DNA of 16,601 nucleotides from Clostridia bacterium (GTDB lineage Bacteria; Bacillota; Clostridia; Christensenellales; Aristaeellaceae): NCBI GenBank assembly GCA_045599485.1, contig JAZRWA010000051.1, positions 1 to 16,601 of the forward strand, read 5' to 3'. Shown piece by piece: positions 14,570 to 16,601 of this stretch (position 1 is its first letter; each line of letters starts with the position of its first letter). The notes under the pieces were generated by a model. It saw only the letters and a program-made list of their open reading frames with translations, ran no database searches and was not told where the DNA came from. The position numbers and the translations under genes were made by a program.

Positions 14570-15413
14570 GGTCTTCGTTCGTCACCAGGTACACCGCCGC
14601 GGCGTGCAGCTTTTTGTAGTTCGCCTCCGTGCGGCGCATGCGGGAAAGCCCCATCTCCATGATGTCCAGACACGCGGACTTGTACTCCGTCTTGGCCATG
14701 GGATCCATAAAATAAAGGTACTCCTCATCCACCGCCACGCACGCCACATAGTGCGCGCCGCCGGTAAAGGGCGAGGACGAGGTGTTGGACAGCACCACCG
14801 CCATGGTGCCGTTGCCGATGCGGTTGACCCAGTCATCATCGGTCGGCGCGTCGATCATGGTGCAGGAAAGCCCAAAGTACGGGCAGATCTCCAGCAGCAT
14901 CTTCATGTTGGTGCCGCCGCCGTTGGACTTGGCGATGCGGTAACGGCTGCCCTTATCGTTGTTGCCGCAGGCATAGGAGCCCAGGATCAGCGGCAGATAG
15001 GTGCGCACGTCCTATTCGGTCTCAAGGGGCATGCGCTGCTTGCAGCTGCGGCAGTTCCACGGATTGACGGAGTGCGTGCACAGCGTAAAGCCGCCATCGC
15101 CCGCGTGATCGAGGATGCCGGTAATGTTTTCCCCCGCCAGCGCGGCAATGACGATGGAGGCGCTGGTGGGGCCGCAGCCGCCGTCACCGAAGATGCGATA
15201 GGTGGGGCTGTTGCGATACTCATACACCAGCTTGTACCACATCAGGTTTTTTTGCGCGTAAAGCATCACCTCGCCCACATAGGGCACGGTGACATAATGG
15301 CAGATGTTATCGCGGCTTTCCAGCTCCTTGCGGATCTGTTCCGCCCCCGAGGATGCCAGCGCCGGGGAGGATAAAAGCAGCATCGCCAGCAAAAGGGCAA
15401 GCAGGCGTTTCAT
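14550..15413 (-). CDS. Secreted papain-fold cysteine peptidase, C39-like (287 codons) with one in-frame TAG (15012-15014)
   Basis: ATG 15413 follows AAAGGAG. Signal peptide MKRLLALLLAMLLLSSPALA. Putative catalytic Cys motif GDGGCGPTSASIV lies upstream of the TAG and the His motif GGAHYVACVAVDEEYLYFMDP lies downstream, in the same frame (..PLETE*DVRTYLP..). TGA stop. Confidence 0.7.
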
Positions 15414-15449
15414 AAAAGCGCTCCTTTGTGCGTAATTTTTGACCCCTCT

Positions 15450-15478
15450 ATTGTACACCAAAGACAAAGATTTGTCAC
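15450..15478 (-). promoter_or_regulatory. Promoter of the C39-like peptidase gene
   Basis: Minus strand reads GTGACA (15473-15478), a 17-nt spacer, then TGtTACAAT (-10 at 15450-15455). Confidence 0.55.
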
Positions 15479-15493
15479 GCCCGGGCGGGCGTT

Positions 15494-15522
15494 TTGACAT
15501 CCGTCCCCCGCCGCGGTATAAT
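15494..15522 (+). promoter_or_regulatory. Consensus promoter of the pseudouridine synthase gene
   Basis: TTGACA (15494-15499), a 17-nt spacer, then TATAAT (15517-15522). Confidence 0.7.
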
Positions 15523-15552
15523 AAGCAAAAAAAGAGCGAAAGGGGCGGCGGT

Positions 15553-16179
15553 GTGGAGATACTGTATGCCGATCGGCAGCTGACGGTGTGCGTCAAGCCC
15601 GCGGGCGTGCGCAGCGAGGATGAGCTGCCCGCGCTGTTGGAGCAGGAAACCGGTCAAAAGCACTTTTGCGTGCACCGGCTCGATCAGGCGGTGGGCGGGC
15701 TGATGGTGCTGGCACGCGACGGCAAAACGGCGGCCCGGCTTTCCGATGCCTTCGCCGCGCGCGAGACCGTGAAGCAATACCTGGCCGTGTGCCCCGACGT
15801 TCTGGAGGGCGACAGCGGCGAAATGAACGACCTGCTGTTTCACGACAGCGCCCGCAACAAGACCTTTGCGGTCAGCCGCATGCGCAAGGGCGTGAGGGAA
15901 GCGAGCCTCGGTTATCAGGTGCTGCGCCGCAAGGACGGCATGGTGCTGGTAGCCGTGACGCTGCACACCGGTCGCTCGCACCAGATCCGCGCGCAGTTTG
16001 CCGCCCGCAAGGCGCCCCTCGCCGGCGACGGCAAGTACGGCAGCACCGTCAAGGGCTGCGGCATCGCACTGTGGAGCTGCCGGTTGTGCTTCAAACACCC
16101 CGTCAAAAACACCCCGATGGATTTTACCCTGCCGCCGCCGGAAATGTACCCGTGGACGGCGATACGGTGCGAAGAATAA
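15553..16179 (+). CDS. RluA-family pseudouridine synthase (208 aa, GTG start)
   Basis: VEILYADRQLTVCVKPAG...VHRLDQAVGGLMVLAR...LHTGRSHQIRAQFA are RluA-family motifs with the catalytic Asp in HRLD. The start lies downstream of the promoter, after AAAGGGG. TAA stop. Confidence 0.85.
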   Translation: MEILYADRQLTVCVKPAGVRSEDELPALLEQETGQKHFCVHRLDQAVGGLMVLARDGKTAARLSDAFAARETVKQYLAVCPDVLEGDSGEMNDLLFHDSARNKTFAVSRMRKGVREASLGYQVLRRKDGMVLVAVTLHTGRSHQIRAQFAARKAPLAGDGKYGSTVKGCGIALWSCRLCFKHPVKNTPMDFTLPPPEMYPWTAIRCEE

Positions 16180-16185
16180 GACACG

Positions 16186-16240
16186 CCCTTGCAAGGATGA
16201 AAGCATCATCCGTGCAAGGGTGTTATTATCTATGTTTTTG
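16186..16240 (+). terminator. Terminator after the pseudouridine synthase gene
   Basis: Composite stem cccttgca-a-ggatga / tcatcc-g-tgcaaggg (16186-16220) followed by a T-rich tract ending in gttttt. Confidence 0.6.
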
Positions 16241-16261
16241 TCTGCCCTTTCTCGGGTGGGG

Positions 16262-16308
16262 TTTGGGGCGACCATGCTTTCAGGCTCTGAAAGCGTGGTC
16301 GCCCCCAA
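16262..16308. repeat. REP-like palindromic element, copy C
   Basis: ggggcgaccatgctttcag-gct-ctgaaagcgtggtcgcccc with flanking ttt/aaaaaa. Same core and same G-U position as copy B. It lies between convergent gene ends. Confidence 0.6.
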
Positions 16309-16319
16309 AAAATCCCTCG

Positions 16320-16601
16320 TTACCCCTCGTCCCTCGGCAGCGTGAAGCTGAACGTGCTCCCCTCGCCCGGGGCGGAAAAAACGGTAATGGCGGTGCCCAT
16401 GCGCGTCATGATCTCCTGCGCGATGGCGAGCCCCAGCCCGCTGCCGCCCGTACGGCGGCTGCGGTCCGCCTGATGGAAGCGGTCAAAGGCATGGGCGCAG
16501 GTAAAGGCATCCATGCCCACGCCCGTATCGCGCACAAAGAAGCGCACGCCGCCGCGGACGGACTCGGCGCCAAGGGTCACGGTGCCCTCGGCGGTAAACT
16601 T
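16320..16601 (-). CDS. Sensor histidine kinase, C-terminal HATPase domain (partial; continues past the window end)
   Basis: FFVRDTGVGM (G1 box), GGSGLGLAIAQEI (G2 box) and GEGSTFSFTLP are HATPase_c signatures. The frame is open to position 16601. TAA stop. Confidence 0.8.
   Translation of the reverse strand, partial: KFTAEGTVTLGAESVRGGVRFFVRDTGVGMDAFTCAHAFDRFHQADRSRRTGGSGLGLAIAQEIMTRMGTAITVFSAPGEGSTFSFTLPRDEG

Noticed and set aside
1985-15413. Pyrrolysine as the meaning of the in-frame TAGs
   Set aside because: The affected proteins are secreted peptidases, DUF6273 proteins and a regulator, not methylamine methyltransferases. Paralogue alignment points to Gln/Glu columns. No pyl genes are in the window. 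I do not favour it, though only a genome-wide pylTSBCD search can exclude it.
14466-16308. ORFs 14466..15374 (+) and 15475..16308 (-)
   Set aside because: They are antisense to the C39-like peptidase and the RluA gene respectively. Composition is Arg/Ala/Gly/His-rich, and they span promoters and terminators.

Overview
High-GC, Clostridia-like chromosomal segment, mostly minus-strand genes. It carries two MATE efflux transporters, a translationally coupled pair of secreted metallopeptidases (M14-like lipoprotein and M6/InhA-like HExxH enzyme), tRNA-Leu(UAA), an M28 aminopeptidase, an aldo/keto reductase, two adjacent DUF6273-like secreted-protein genes, a GT2 glycosyltransferase, a secreted C39-like cysteine peptidase, an RluA-family pseudouridine synthase and the 3' end of a histidine kinase. 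Next to the tRNA lies an AT-richer ~1.9 kb islet with a HigB/HigA-like toxin-antitoxin pair, a small sigma-region-4-like regulator, two tiny membrane peptides and a ribbon-helix-helix protein. The main observation is that four genes appear split in the ORF track only because of in-frame TAG codons: seven TAGs, no frameshifts and no in-frame TAA or TGA. In the DUF6273 paralogues two of these TAGs align with Gln (CAG) or Gln/Glu positions. None of the roughly 18 genuine gene ends in the window uses TAG (9 TGA, 9 TAA). This suggests amber recoding or programmed readthrough, probably TAG read as Gln, rather than ordinary pseudogenisation, but it needs genome-wide testing. Secondary observations are a REP-like palindromic element family (three copies), a densely structured convergent intergenic region, several near-consensus promoters and terminators, and a likely gene-conversion tract between the DUF6273 paralogues.
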